From Octopus sinensis (Eukaryota): a stretch of 64,000 bases of DNA. The translations under genes and the position numbers were made by a program. Every line of letters begins with the position of its first letter. Position 1 is the first letter of the stretch. Below the pieces are notes generated by a model that saw only the letters and a program-made list of their open reading frames with translations, was not told the origin of the DNA and did no database searches. This document shows, in pieces, positions 36,872 through 47,413 of the stretch. The DNA is taken from contig NC_043005.1 of assembly GCF_006345805.1 (NCBI RefSeq), positions 25,668,001 through 25,732,000 on the forward strand. The letters run 5' to 3'.

Positions 36872-39113
36872 ACGTATAGATCCTAAAATAATTAATTTAT
36901 CAAAAAGAGATTTTGACAATGATGAAATCCAACTTCTGTCAAAAGGACTGAAATTCACACCTACACCAACAGCCAACCACCAAGAATTAAAGGAGGATAT
37001 CCAAAAATTCTGTCGAAAATTACGACTTGTAGAATTCTTCGCTAACAAAAGTAATGAGATTGATGAATCCCTAGTAAGGAATAAATCAAATTTCACCCCA
37101 CCAAAAGGAAGAAATAACTACCTTGACCAATACATTGATATCCTGTCTAAATTTCCCCTTAGACGCAATACCAATGTTAGGCCAAACATTAGCAAATCAG
37201 AGATGTCTGCATGTAAACGTATACAAAACGATCAAACAATAATAATTAAACAAGCAGATAAAGGTGGTGCAATTGTTATTATGGATACCGAATACTATAA
37301 GGATTTGGTTGAAGACCAACTGAAGGATACAACCTTCTATTGTGAAATACCCGCAAATATAGACCACCACATCATGAAAAAGATCAACAACCTGATTTCA
37401 ACACACCACAACTCACTTACGGATAATGAAAAAGACTACATCACCAATTTTGAACCAAAACCCAGCAACTTCTACGGCTTACCAAAAATACACAAATCAA
37501 AAAACATTCAACAGGCAGTAAAAGAACAAGAAAGTGAGTACATAAAATTATTACATCCAAAAGACCTAAAACTTAGACCTATTATAGCTGGTCCAGCATG
37601 CCCTACACACCGTCTAAGCAATTTTATTGACATTGTTTTGAAACCACTATGTACTTACATACCAAGTTTCATCAGGGATGACATCGACTTCCTGTCCCAT
37701 CTTCCCAAAACAACAGAAACAAATTCAGTTTTACTAAGTTTTGATGTGGTAAGCCTCTACACCAATATTCCACACGATTTAGGAATAAAGGCGATTAAAT
37801 ACTGGTTAGAAAAACATAGAGAAGTGATTCCCAGCAGATTCACAGTGCCATTTATATTAGACACAGTCAAGCTTATTCTAGAAAATAACACATTCTTCTT
37901 CAATGGAAAGAATTACATCCAAATTAGAGGCACGGCGATGGGAACGAGGTTTGCTCCCGTTTACGCCAACTCTGTAATGGGATACTTAGAAGAACAACTC
38001 TACCAAGAGGTGGAGGTAAACTATGGCACTGGGTTTAGAAAGTATATTGAAAAGGCATGGAAGAGATACCTAGACGACTGTTTCATAATCTGGACAGAAT
38101 CTCTAAATACTCTGGAAGAGTTCAATATCCTCCTGAACAACCTACACCCATCTCTCCAATTTACAAAGGAGATGAGTAGTACCAAATTACCATTCCTGGA
38201 TATAATGGTAATTAAAAAAGACACCACCATCACCACAGATATATACTATAAACACACAGACACACATCAATACCTAAATTTTAAGTCGTGCCATCCACCA
38301 CATACAAAACGTAACATCCCATACTGCCTAGCCAGAAGAATTTGTACTATTGTAGAAGATGCAAATATCAGGAACAAACGCCTAATAGAACTAAGAGAAT
38401 TTTTGCTCAAACAAAAATACCCATCTCTACTTATAGAAAATGGCATACAGCGGGCTATAAAAATACCTATACAACAACTTAGGACAACCCAAGGAAGAGG
38501 AAAACAAGAACAAGTCATACCATTCATAGTGACACACAACCCATGTCACCAGAATATCTTCAACATTGCCAAAGCAAACCTACCAATCATTGCCCAAAGT
38601 AATGAATTAAAAGACATAATCACGGATCGAGCTATGGTGCTTAGTAAAAGACAGCCTAAAAACTTGAAAACATTACTAACAAAGGCAAAATTTGACCTCA
38701 GCAACAAAGACCAAACATTCACGGTATCTAAATGCAATGATAGCCGATGTGGCACATGCCAATTCATACATACCGGTCAATATATAAACACAAAAACCGG
38801 GAAAATATTCACAAACGCGAATATGAACTGCAAAAGCAGAAATTTAATTTACTGCATCAAATGCCCAAATTGTGAAGAAATATATGTAGGTCAGACGGGA
38901 AACGCACTATTAGAACGCTCACGTGTACACCGGCAACAGATTAGAGACCCAGAGGTCCGTCAGATACCTTTGAGTAACCACCTAGCAACATGTGGTCGGA
39001 AAATATATATAATATTTCCATTCTACAAATTACACAGCCCAAGTGAAATCGAGAGGAAAATCAGAGAAAAGAATTTTATTGATAAATTCGAACCCAAGCT
39101 AAATAAGCAATAA
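36786..39113 (+). CDS. PLE reverse transcriptase + Zn-finger/GIY-YIG endonuclease (first Met 37203; frame open from 36786)
   Basis: IINLSK..LLSKGLKFTPTP, KQADKGGAIV, FYGLPKIHK, LRPIIA, FDVVSLYTNIP, GTAMGTRFAP, RYLDDCF, LPFLD, CxxxxCxxC, LIYCIKCPNCEEIYVGQT, HRQQI. No internal stop. Confidence 0.95.
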   Translation, partial: PEKNPFFYVRTTNTGERKNPRGNIPQTTERIDPKIINLSKRDFDNDEIQLLSKGLKFTPTPTANHQELKEDIQKFCRKLRLVEFFANKSNEIDESLVRNKSNFTPPKGRNNYLDQYIDILSKFPLRRNTNVRPNISKSEMSACKRIQNDQTIIIKQADKGGAIVIMDTEYYKDLVEDQLKDTTFYCEIPANIDHHIMKKINNLISTHHNSLTDNEKDYITNFEPKPSNFYGLPKIHKSKNIQQAVKEQESEYIKLLHPKDLKLRPIIAGPACPTHRLSNFIDIVLKPLCTYIPSFIRDDIDFLSHLPKTTETNSVLLSFDVVSLYTNIPHDLGIKAIKYWLEKHREVIPSRFTVPFILDTVKLILENNTFFFNGKNYIQIRGTAMGTRFAPVYANSVMGYLEEQLYQEVEVNYGTGFRKYIEKAWKRYLDDCFIIWTESLNTLEEFNILLNNLHPSLQFTKEMSSTKLPFLDIMVIKKDTTITTDIYYKHTDTHQYLNFKSCHPPHTKRNIPYCLARRICTIVEDANIRNKRLIELREFLLKQKYPSLLIENGIQRAIKIPIQQLRTTQGRGKQEQVIPFIVTHNPCHQNIFNIAKANLPIIAQSNELKDIITDRAMVLSKRQPKNLKTLLTKAKFDLSNKDQTFTVSKCNDSRCGTCQFIHTGQYINTKTGKIFTNANMNCKSRNLIYCIKCPNCEEIYVGQTGNALLERSRVHRQQIRDPEVRQIPLSNHLATCGRKIYIIFPFYKLHSPSEIERKIREKNFIDKFEPKLNKQ

Positions 39114-39436
39114 TAATAATAATAATACTTAGAGGTATTACTTCCACTGCTACGACCATGACCACTAACAACAACAACAATACTAAAGGTGATCAAGACG
39201 AAGATAGCAGGAAAATTATCTTATTTAGGGTTAAAAGTTCTATTGCCACCACCATCACCACTAGCAACAATAATTAAGGTGCTGACAATGATGATGATGA
39301 CAATTGAAATATAAAAATATAAAAATCTCTGACAAAGGATATTTACAACATTTCTAAAAATAACCCAACAATTGCTGCTTCGGCCAGGGTCAAGATACAG
39401 GACTCTTGACATGTCCAACAAAGCGTGATGCCTAAA

Positions 39437-39550
39437 CCAATCAGCTCAACCAACCAATCAGCTTAAGTAATTGAGTGATACTACACAATGATTGGTCAGA
39501 ATACAGTTTGCAAAACCTAGCACTCTGGAGCCTACCCAGCTGTATTTATA
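39437..39550 (+). promoter_or_regulatory. Candidate Pol II promoter in the PLE terminal repeat
   Basis: CCAAT at 39437 and 39454, ATTGG at 39491, TATTTATA at 39543-39550, ~60 nt upstream of the HHR. Confidence 0.4.
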
Positions 39551-39613
39551 GCACAGAATCAATCATCTTGCTACAGTCAAAAATTGTGAAGCATGACTGT
39601 CAACACTACTACA

Positions 39614-39658
39614 TGAACCCGAAGATTGCAGAATTCAATGCATGAAAGTACTAGTTCA
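39614..39658 (+). ncRNA. Type I minimal HHR in the PLE terminal repeat (U4C variant, CUA site)
   Basis: TGAAC-CCGAAGA-T-TGCA-GAATTCAA-TGCA-T-GAAA-GTAC-TA-GTTCA. Stem I is 5 bp, stem III is the palindrome AGTACT, predicted cut after A39653. Confidence 0.65.
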
Positions 39659-39834
39659 ATCAGAATGAATATTTAACATTCTACTATTTCATTTTATTTT
39701 ATTCAATTATAATATATTATCTTATAATATATCATTATAAGATTGTAAATAAAACGTGAAAATCAGACAAGGTTGGAATTCTTTTTATTAATATATTCTT
39801 CTATACACAATCACACACACCCATATATATATAT

Positions 39835-39919
<85 letters not shown>

Positions 39920-39947
39920 GTGTATGTATATATATATGTATGTATGT

Positions 39948-39982
<35 letters not shown>

Positions 39983-39984
39983 GG

Positions 39985-40335
39985 TGGGGGTGCAATGGCC
40001 CAGTGGTTAGGATTTCGGTTTCGATTCCAAGACCGAGTGTTGTTACTGTTTATTGACCGAAAACACCTAAATCACCATAAGGCTACGGCAGTGGGGTGAT
40101 GGTGGCGAACTCTGCTGTGTTCTTTCTCTCACTCATTCTTCCTCTTTCTGTTGTACCTGTATTTCAAAGGGGTCAGCCTTGTTACACTCTGTGTCACGCT
40201 GAATCTCTCCTGAGAACTACGTTAAGGGTACACGTGTCAGTGGAGTGCTCAGCCATTTGCACGTTAACTTCATGAGCAGGCTGTTCCATTGATAGGATCA
40301 ACTGGAGCCCTCATCGTAGCAACCAACGGACTTCC
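39985..40335 (+). mobile_element. Chimeric SINE: family C head + family B tail
   Basis: The 5' half resembles 48740-48920; the 3' half resembles 54290-54455. Confidence 0.7.
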
Positions 40336-40336
40336 G

Positions 40337-40368
<32 letters not shown>

Positions 40369-40401
40369 ATAGATTGATAGATAGATGGATAGATAGGTAT
40401 G

Positions 40402-40461
<60 letters not shown>

Positions 40462-40487
40462 CACGTATATTTATATATATGTATGTG

Positions 40488-40528
<41 letters not shown>

Positions 40529-40599
40529 ATATATATATATGTATATGTATATTTACATATACAGATATGTATACATACATACATACATACATACATACA

Positions 40600-40635
<36 letters not shown>

Positions 40636-41159
40636 CACGTGTATTTACATACGAATATACGCACACAGACATACGCACACACACACACACATACATGTAT
40701 TGTATTTATTTCACCATCTTGATACTATGAATAATGCATTCCCATCTTTTATTTGTTTCTTAATATTTTCTTACTGTTTTCCTTTATCGGTCCCTGGTTT
40801 ACTTCCATAAAAAGATGCCCGAAAATCACTCTATTCCCGATTCTGTTCAAACACAGGACACATATGTAAATAGTTATATATTAAACATGAAAACAAAATG
40901 TGTAAATGTCTTAGGAAGGTAGTAGTGGTTGAGTTCTAAGTATACTGTCTTTATTTCGTAGTTAAATACTCGCTACTTGCGAAGTCATTTGTTGTGGCTA
41001 AGCTTACGCTCGCTTTCATTTTAGCAGCTGTTAAAATGGTGGATCTCTGTCCATCCATTTGTTTCTTCGTTTCTTCCTTCAATTCTTTTCCTTTCCTCTA
41101 TTTCTCTTCTTTGTGACATTCTCATCGCCATCATCATTTCCACCATCATGATCATTATG

Positions 41160-41274
41160 ACCATTATTGTCATTAGTTTCCTCCCTTTCTTCTCCTCTTC
41201 ACCAACCACACCACATGGTGATAGTAATCATGAATGCCATCATCATCATCATCATCACCGTCACCACCACCACC

Positions 41275-41305
<31 letters not shown>

Positions 41306-41430
41306 AGCGTCATTACCATCATCACCACCGTCATCATCATCATCATCAGTATTTATCATTGTTGTTGTTGCTGATGTTGTTGCTATTGTTGCTGTTGTTG
41401 CTGTTGTTGTTGTTGTTATTGTTGTTCCCC
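41160..41430. repeat. (CAT)n/(CAC)n/(GTT)n trinucleotide repeats
   Basis: Direct reading. Confidence 0.9.
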
Positions 41431-41494
41431 AACAATGTTCCCCCATTGTCACTTAGGACAACATCACCATCGCCATCATTTTACTGCTGTCTGC

Positions 41495-41870
41495 AGAAAT
41501 GTTAGCTCTGCAGGCGAAATGCTTAGCGGTATTTCGTGTGTCTACATGTTCTGAGTTCAAATTCCGCCGAGGTCGACTTTGCCTTTCATCCTTTCGGGGT
41601 CGATTAAATAAGTACCAGTTATGCACTGGGTCGATGTAATCGACTTAATCCGTTTGTCTGTCTTTGTTTGTCTTCTCTGTGTTTTTAGTCCCTTGTGGGT
41701 AGTAAAGAAACAGGTATTTCGCCTGTCTTCGTGTTCTGAGTTCAAATTCCGCCGAGGTCGACTTTGCCATTCATCCTTTCGGAGGTCGTTAAATTAAGTA
41801 CCAGTGAAACACTGGGGTCGATTTAGTCGGCCAGTCCCCTCTTCCAAAATTTCAGGCTTTGTGTCTTTAG
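41495..41870 (+). mobile_element. SINE family D followed by a second partial copy
   Basis: ttctgagttcaaattccgccgaggtcgactttgcc occurs at ~41549 and ~41735. Confidence 0.8.
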
Positions 41871-42339
41871 TATTTTACTGCTGTCTGCCGTGTGTATTTA
41901 TGCCCAATTTTGTTTTTTGTTAATATAGTACAATATCTGTGCTTACTGGATTGGAGCTTAATTATTGCGCTTTTTTGTCAACAAAAACAATAACAACTTG
42001 TAACAAAAACATCTTTAAATGATTGTTCCGGAGTATATTCACGATCTACTGTCCTTTTTGTTTACACCTAAAATGTACGATAATTACTCAAAGTTCTAGG
42101 GAATGACGTAATTGGGTTGGGTTTGATATTCTGTTACGGAGCAATGCTAAAGCGTCGGCGTAATCTATATCGGTTATATTTGGAGCTGGATGTCCTTTCG
42201 ATCTTCTTCCCGCGAGTGTGAAGCCGAGGGTGTTTGGGTTGCCAAGTGATGTTCTGGGGACTGTTGCAGGGAAATCGACCCTCTCAAATAACGTTAAGAA
42301 GAATTTTACGGTGCAACAGTAGCGTCAGTCTTTTTCTAT

Positions 42340-42700
42340 TGAGCAACAACTTACCAGAGGAAAACGAATTCAAACTAGATGGAACTTACACCCGAAAGTT
42401 AAGAACAGTCTTAGGCATATGTTGAAAAACTCCTCCCATCAAGAATCAGCTGTATGGAGATCAGCTGTTTGTATGCAACATAACATGGGAAAGGTCCTTG
42501 CGCTTGGCGGAACATTGCGGGCGAACTAAACAAGAGCTGGAAAATTACTTACGGCTATGGATACCACGACATGGCCGTACCCGAGCAGGTCGTCCGAACA
42601 CATCGTATGTAGATCAACTTACAAGAAACACTGGATGCCTGCCTGAAGATTTCCCTCAACTAATGCAGGACAAAGAGATGAAACTCTTTAAACTCTACTT
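42340..42700 (+). mobile_element. RTE-like LINE 3' fragment
   Basis: KLDGTYTRKLRTVL...RLAEHCGR...LWIPRHGRTRAGRPNTSYVDQL resembles an RTE-group C-terminus. Confidence 0.6.
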
Positions 42701-43269
42701 GAGGTCCATATAAATGTATTGTTCTTACCGTTAGGACGATGTTCCTGCTATACAGACAAATTATCCTAGACCGCTTCCCGAATACCACAATCCGCCTGAT
42801 AGTCATTAAGTTACACAAAGACAAATTTAAACATCTGGCTCACGAGGGTGCTGCCTCATCTCAGGCTTTACTTCTGTCATTATAACAACTTTTACCTCGA
42901 GAGTATAGCTGCAAGCAAGCTACCTTCACTCGAGCTAATCTCTAAGGTCATCCGCTAGCAACTACACCCATCCTTTGCTTCACTGAACGCCATCTTTCCT
43001 AGAATCCATAGCCACTCCAGCTCATATCTTTCTTGCAAACGTAGACGTTGGAATGTTCAACGGGAACATTTCTGCAGCTCGACCTTTAATGGTTATGAAC
43101 AGACCAAAGAAGTTAAACAAAATATCGCTCGCCTTCGCATTCTTCATTTTATTTCCTCTGTAACCACTCCATATTTTTATTAATGGAGGCTGATTTCATT
43201 CAGGCTCGTACTTATCCCTGGTAGAATTTATGTGGATTGCGTGTTACTACCTGTAACCTTAAGTATCCA

Positions 43270-43470
43270 CGAGCTTTCAATAGTCTTTCAAGTGCTTAGA
43301 ACCTTCCTGATAATCTTTCCTCTCCCTAAGAAGCTCTACAGGACATGGTATTTGAATCTCCGTCAACCATTTGTCTATATCTTTACTAACAGCTCCCAAT
43401 GCACCAATCCTTTTAGGCAAAACCATGACAGCTTTCATATTCCAAATTCTAGGAATTTCAAATTTTAAGG
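43270..43470 (-). mobile_element. R4/Dong-like endonuclease C-terminal fragment
   Basis: Minus strand: EIPRIWNMKAV...IGALGAVSKDIDKWL..KIIRKVLST*. Confidence 0.5.
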
Positions 43471-43596
43471 GACTCCGCCGAGGTCGACTTTGCCTTCATT
43501 CTTTTCGGGCTCGATAAAATTAATACCAGTTCGATACTGGGGTCAACGTAATCAACTTATGCTTATAATAGAAAGGATTATTATTATTATTATTAT

Positions 43597-44144
43597 TGAG
43601 TGAGAGAGCAGTTCATGCCATCAAAGTGACACTGGGGTAAAATATACGAAGCCCAATATACCCATCATGACTACCCGTCTGATAAAGGTACACCAAGCAC
43701 ATGCATCACAACCATATGTGCGCGACATGGTGATCTAATATCAAGATAAACAGCACATGACCTTGCAGGTGGGGCCCAGTTAGAATTTTCTTCAGGTCGA
43801 TTAACCCATCCCGCTCAAAAGGTCCCTGAATAAGGGTTGTTTAAGGATGTTGAAAGAACCACCCATGTTTCCAGAGGTGAACTATTCAAACCCCAAAGAA
43901 TCCCTCTCAACACATGGCTATGATGCTCCCCCACTACTTCTGCTCGTGATCAGAGATGCACATATCGTCAGCCACTAAGGGACATGCTCAACTGGTTAAG
44001 GTCAAACAACTGACAAGCAAATCTGTGGTATTGAGCAGAATATTTGCTGTAGCCCATCCTTTATACCAAGACAAAACAATGTACATGATAACACTTCCAA
44101 TCAGTTAAGATCAGAAACCATGAGAGCCACTGCCTGGTACTGCA

Positions 44145-44145
<1 letters not shown>
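43597..44145. repeat. Unclassified ~550-bp interspersed repeat embedded in (ATT)n
   Basis: Second partial copy at 31665-31832; flanked by ATT runs on both sides. Confidence 0.7.
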
Positions 44146-44210
<65 letters not shown>

Positions 44211-44769
44211 CATTATTATATTATTATTATTATTATTATTATTATAGAGTCAAAATTAAAAGAAGTGTGCCATTGTCATCTAACGAACGATATTTCGACA
44301 TCTCGTGTGTCTTCAACAGGTTCAAAGAATAATTTTGTCAATCTACTTCATTTTGGGTAATATATTACTATTATTATTATCATTATTATCTTTATTATAG
44401 TTATTATTATTGTTGTTGTTATTATTGATGTTGCTGTTGTTGTCATTAAAGTGGCGTACTGGCAAACCGGTTAGCAAGCCGGGTAAAAATGCACGGCGCC
44501 ATTTCTTCCGTCGTCTCTAGGATCTGAGTGTAAATTCGGCTGAGGTCGACTTTGCTTGGCGACGATCCTTGCGTAATTGATAAAATAAATACCAGTTGAA
44601 CACAGGGAGCGATGCTATAGACTAGCTTCGCCGCTCCCCACAAATTCCATCTGGTGTAGGCAGACCTTATCATTATAATCATTATAGTCATTATTATAGT
44701 TTGGGGCTCAGGAAAGTAATTGCTTACCTCGTTAAAATCTCTCGATAAATGTGTAATGCTGTTGCTGTT

Positions 44770-45144
44770 GTTGTTGTTATTCTCCTATTAGGTTAGGTAT
44801 AATGATGCCGCTAATGGTGGTGAAGAACTTGGCATTGTTGATGCTGATGGTGCTGCTGCTGCTGATATAATGGTGGTGGTGGTGATGATAATGGTGGTGG
44901 TGGTGGTGGTGGTGGTGGGGGTGACAATGGTCATAGTGACGATGATGATGATAATGATGCGGATGATGATGATGATGGTGATGATGATGGTGATGATGAT
45001 GATCAAGACATTGATGATGATGGTGATGATGTGAGATGATAACGATGATGATGATAATACTGATGATGGTGAGGATGACGATAGTGATAATAATGATGGT
45101 GAAGATGATGATGGTGATGATAATGATGGTGATGATGATGATGG

Positions 45145-45175
<31 letters not shown>

Positions 45176-45446
45176 CAAGACATTGATCATGATGGTGATG
45201 ATGAGAGATGATAATGATGACGATAACGATGATGATGATAATGATAATGATGATGATGATGGTGAGGATGATGATGATAATGATGAGGTGATAATGACGA
45301 TGGTGATGATGATGTTGCTTTGTGATGATGACGACGACGATGATGATGACGATGATGATGATGATGATGATAATGATGAGGTGATAATGACGATGGTGAT
45401 GATGATGTTGCTTTGTGATGATGATAATCATGTTGATGATGATGAA

Positions 45447-45487
<41 letters not shown>

Positions 45488-45490
45488 CGA
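44770..45490. repeat. Degenerate (GAT)n/(GGT)n array with higher-order internal duplications
   Basis: gatcaagacattgat.. at ~45001 and ~45173; gaggtgataatgacgatgg.. twice. Confidence 0.9.
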
Positions 45491-45958
45491 CTACACTCCT
45501 GCAATTCTTGAGGCTCTTTTTGCGACATTTTAGTAATTGTGTACAAACGATTCAACTGCCTCCAGTTATGAGCAAAATTAGTCAATATTAGCACGGAGTT
45601 ACATTTTCTCCCTGTTCAAACTTTAAACAATTTCAAGAAAATAGCCTTTACACACACGCACACACACACACGCACATTCACACGCACAAACATATACACA
45701 CACAAGCACACACAGATATATTCTCTCGCTTTGTCTCCCCCCTCTCTCTCTCTCTCTCTCTCTCACATACTCAGCTCACGTGTGCGTATGTACGTATCTG
45801 TGTGTGTGTGTGTGTATGTGTGTGTCTAAAGGTGTCGCATACGGATATTGATTTTAATATCGTTGTATACAGAATATTTAGATATATCACCGGTGGAGTC
45901 CAGTTTTTGTACAAATACACTCACATACGGATATATGCACAAGCACATATACCAATGC

Positions 45959-46032
<74 letters not shown>

Positions 46033-46096
46033 GTGTGTGTGCTTGTGTGCGTGTGGATATGTGTGTCAATATATATATATGTATGTATATATATTG

Positions 46097-46153
<57 letters not shown>

Positions 46154-46194
46154 TTTCCTCCGTCTTCCCTTCTCTGGATCTTTCCTTTTCCTAT

Positions 46195-46229
46195 GTTTCT
46201 GACGAAGAGCTCCGCTCGAAACGTAAAAC
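46195..46229 (+). ncRNA. Perfect minimal type I HHR (GUA site) in a ~190-bp non-coding insert (46152-46335)
   Basis: GTTT-CTGACGA-A-GAGC-TCC-GCTC-GAAA-CGT-A-AAAC. All core nucleotides present; palindromic stem III ACGT. Confidence 0.85.
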
Positions 46230-46326
46230 CCTCCTCCTTCCCTTCCTTCCCGAGCGTCCGATAATACTATATTTGTTCCACGTCCTCGCGTTGTAGTGTT
46301 TTCTCTTTGTGTTTTCATGTTTGGAT

Positions 46327-46371
<45 letters not shown>

Positions 46372-46381
46372 GCATATATAC

Positions 46382-46420
<39 letters not shown>

Positions 46421-46484
46421 TAGATAGATTGTAGAAAGGTAGATAAGTAGAAAGACAGACATACATACATACAGACAGACAGAC

Positions 46485-46583
<99 letters not shown>

Positions 46584-47032
46584 CAGAGCTACTGGAATGT
46601 GTGTGTAATCAATATATTCAGCTGCAAAACTCAAATAGATGTTCATATTTATACACTACCCTTTGAGAGTCCGCAATCAGTGATTGAGATTTCTAATCAC
46701 AAACACTTAATACACAATCTAACCGTGTAGCTTAGTAGCCAGACATTGAGAGCAGTTAGTTTATATAGCAGACGTGTGTCTCTGCTTGAGATCTCACATG
46801 CCTTCCGCTTATATCTACGTGTGAATATGAAGCAAGATTAATAAATATTGTATTTGATAACTATGGAAATACTGACAATGCAGCTGAAATTCTGCTGGAA
46901 ATGTCATCTTTGCCATTATGGTCTTCAGCTCGATGGCAAATTTCACTAGGTTTTTATTACTGCTTTTCTTGTGGCATCTGTTGCTGTTTTACCCTCGATC
47001 AGTGATTTTACAGTTCTATATTTAAGAGATGA

Positions 47033-47173
47033 GGAATAATGTACATTTGACTGATATTTGTCTCCATCTTGTTTGTTGCTAACACAACTTTTCGGCTGAC
47101 TTATCCTCCAGCCTTCATCAGGTGTCTTGGGGAAATTTCGAATGTGGGGACTCATTCCTAAAGTATTTTTCGA

Positions 47174-47240
<67 letters not shown>

Positions 47241-47302
47241 ATCACTCTCTGGAATCGAACTCGGAATCTTTCGGGTTAGTAGACCGCTCTCTTAACCACT
47301 AC
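47033..47302 (-). mobile_element. tRNA-headed SINE with (AAT)n linker and HHR-bearing tail
   Basis: Minus strand: gtagtggttaag (A box)...gagttcgattcc (B box, 47251-47260), (AAT)n, then ACAC-CTGATGA-A-GGCTG..CAGCC-GAAA-AGTT-GTGT (47082-47125). Confidence 0.8.
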
Positions 47303-47413
47303 GGTTCGAAATTTCCTCCAACACCTGATGAAGGTTGAAGGGTATATCAGCCAGAACGTTGCGTTAATAAGAAACAAGATGAGGACAAATATCCATCAAA
47401 TGTAAATAATGTA
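47303..47413 (+). mobile_element. Inverted copy of the HHR tail abutting the SINE 5' end
   Basis: acac-ctgatga-aggttg..cagcc-agaa-cgtt-gcgt (47321-47364) followed by the same tail. Confidence 0.75.

Larger units (their letters stand above)
34875..39796 (+). mobile_element. Penelope-like element with an inverted 3'-end duplication (34875-36217 is the reverse complement of 38448-39796)
   Basis: RT + GIY-YIG ORF, 3' terminal repeat with HHR, and ~1.34-kb inverted arms whose visible differences are single-base indels. Confidence 0.95.

Noticed and set aside
44777-45594. His-rich / Asp-Met-rich ORFs suggestive of a metal-binding protein
   Set aside because: A degenerate GAT/CAT array that is open in several frames on both strands.
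47238-47302. tRNA gene (also 61655-61718, 48740-48810)
   Set aside because: Truncated, no complete cloverleaf, and fused to SINE bodies.
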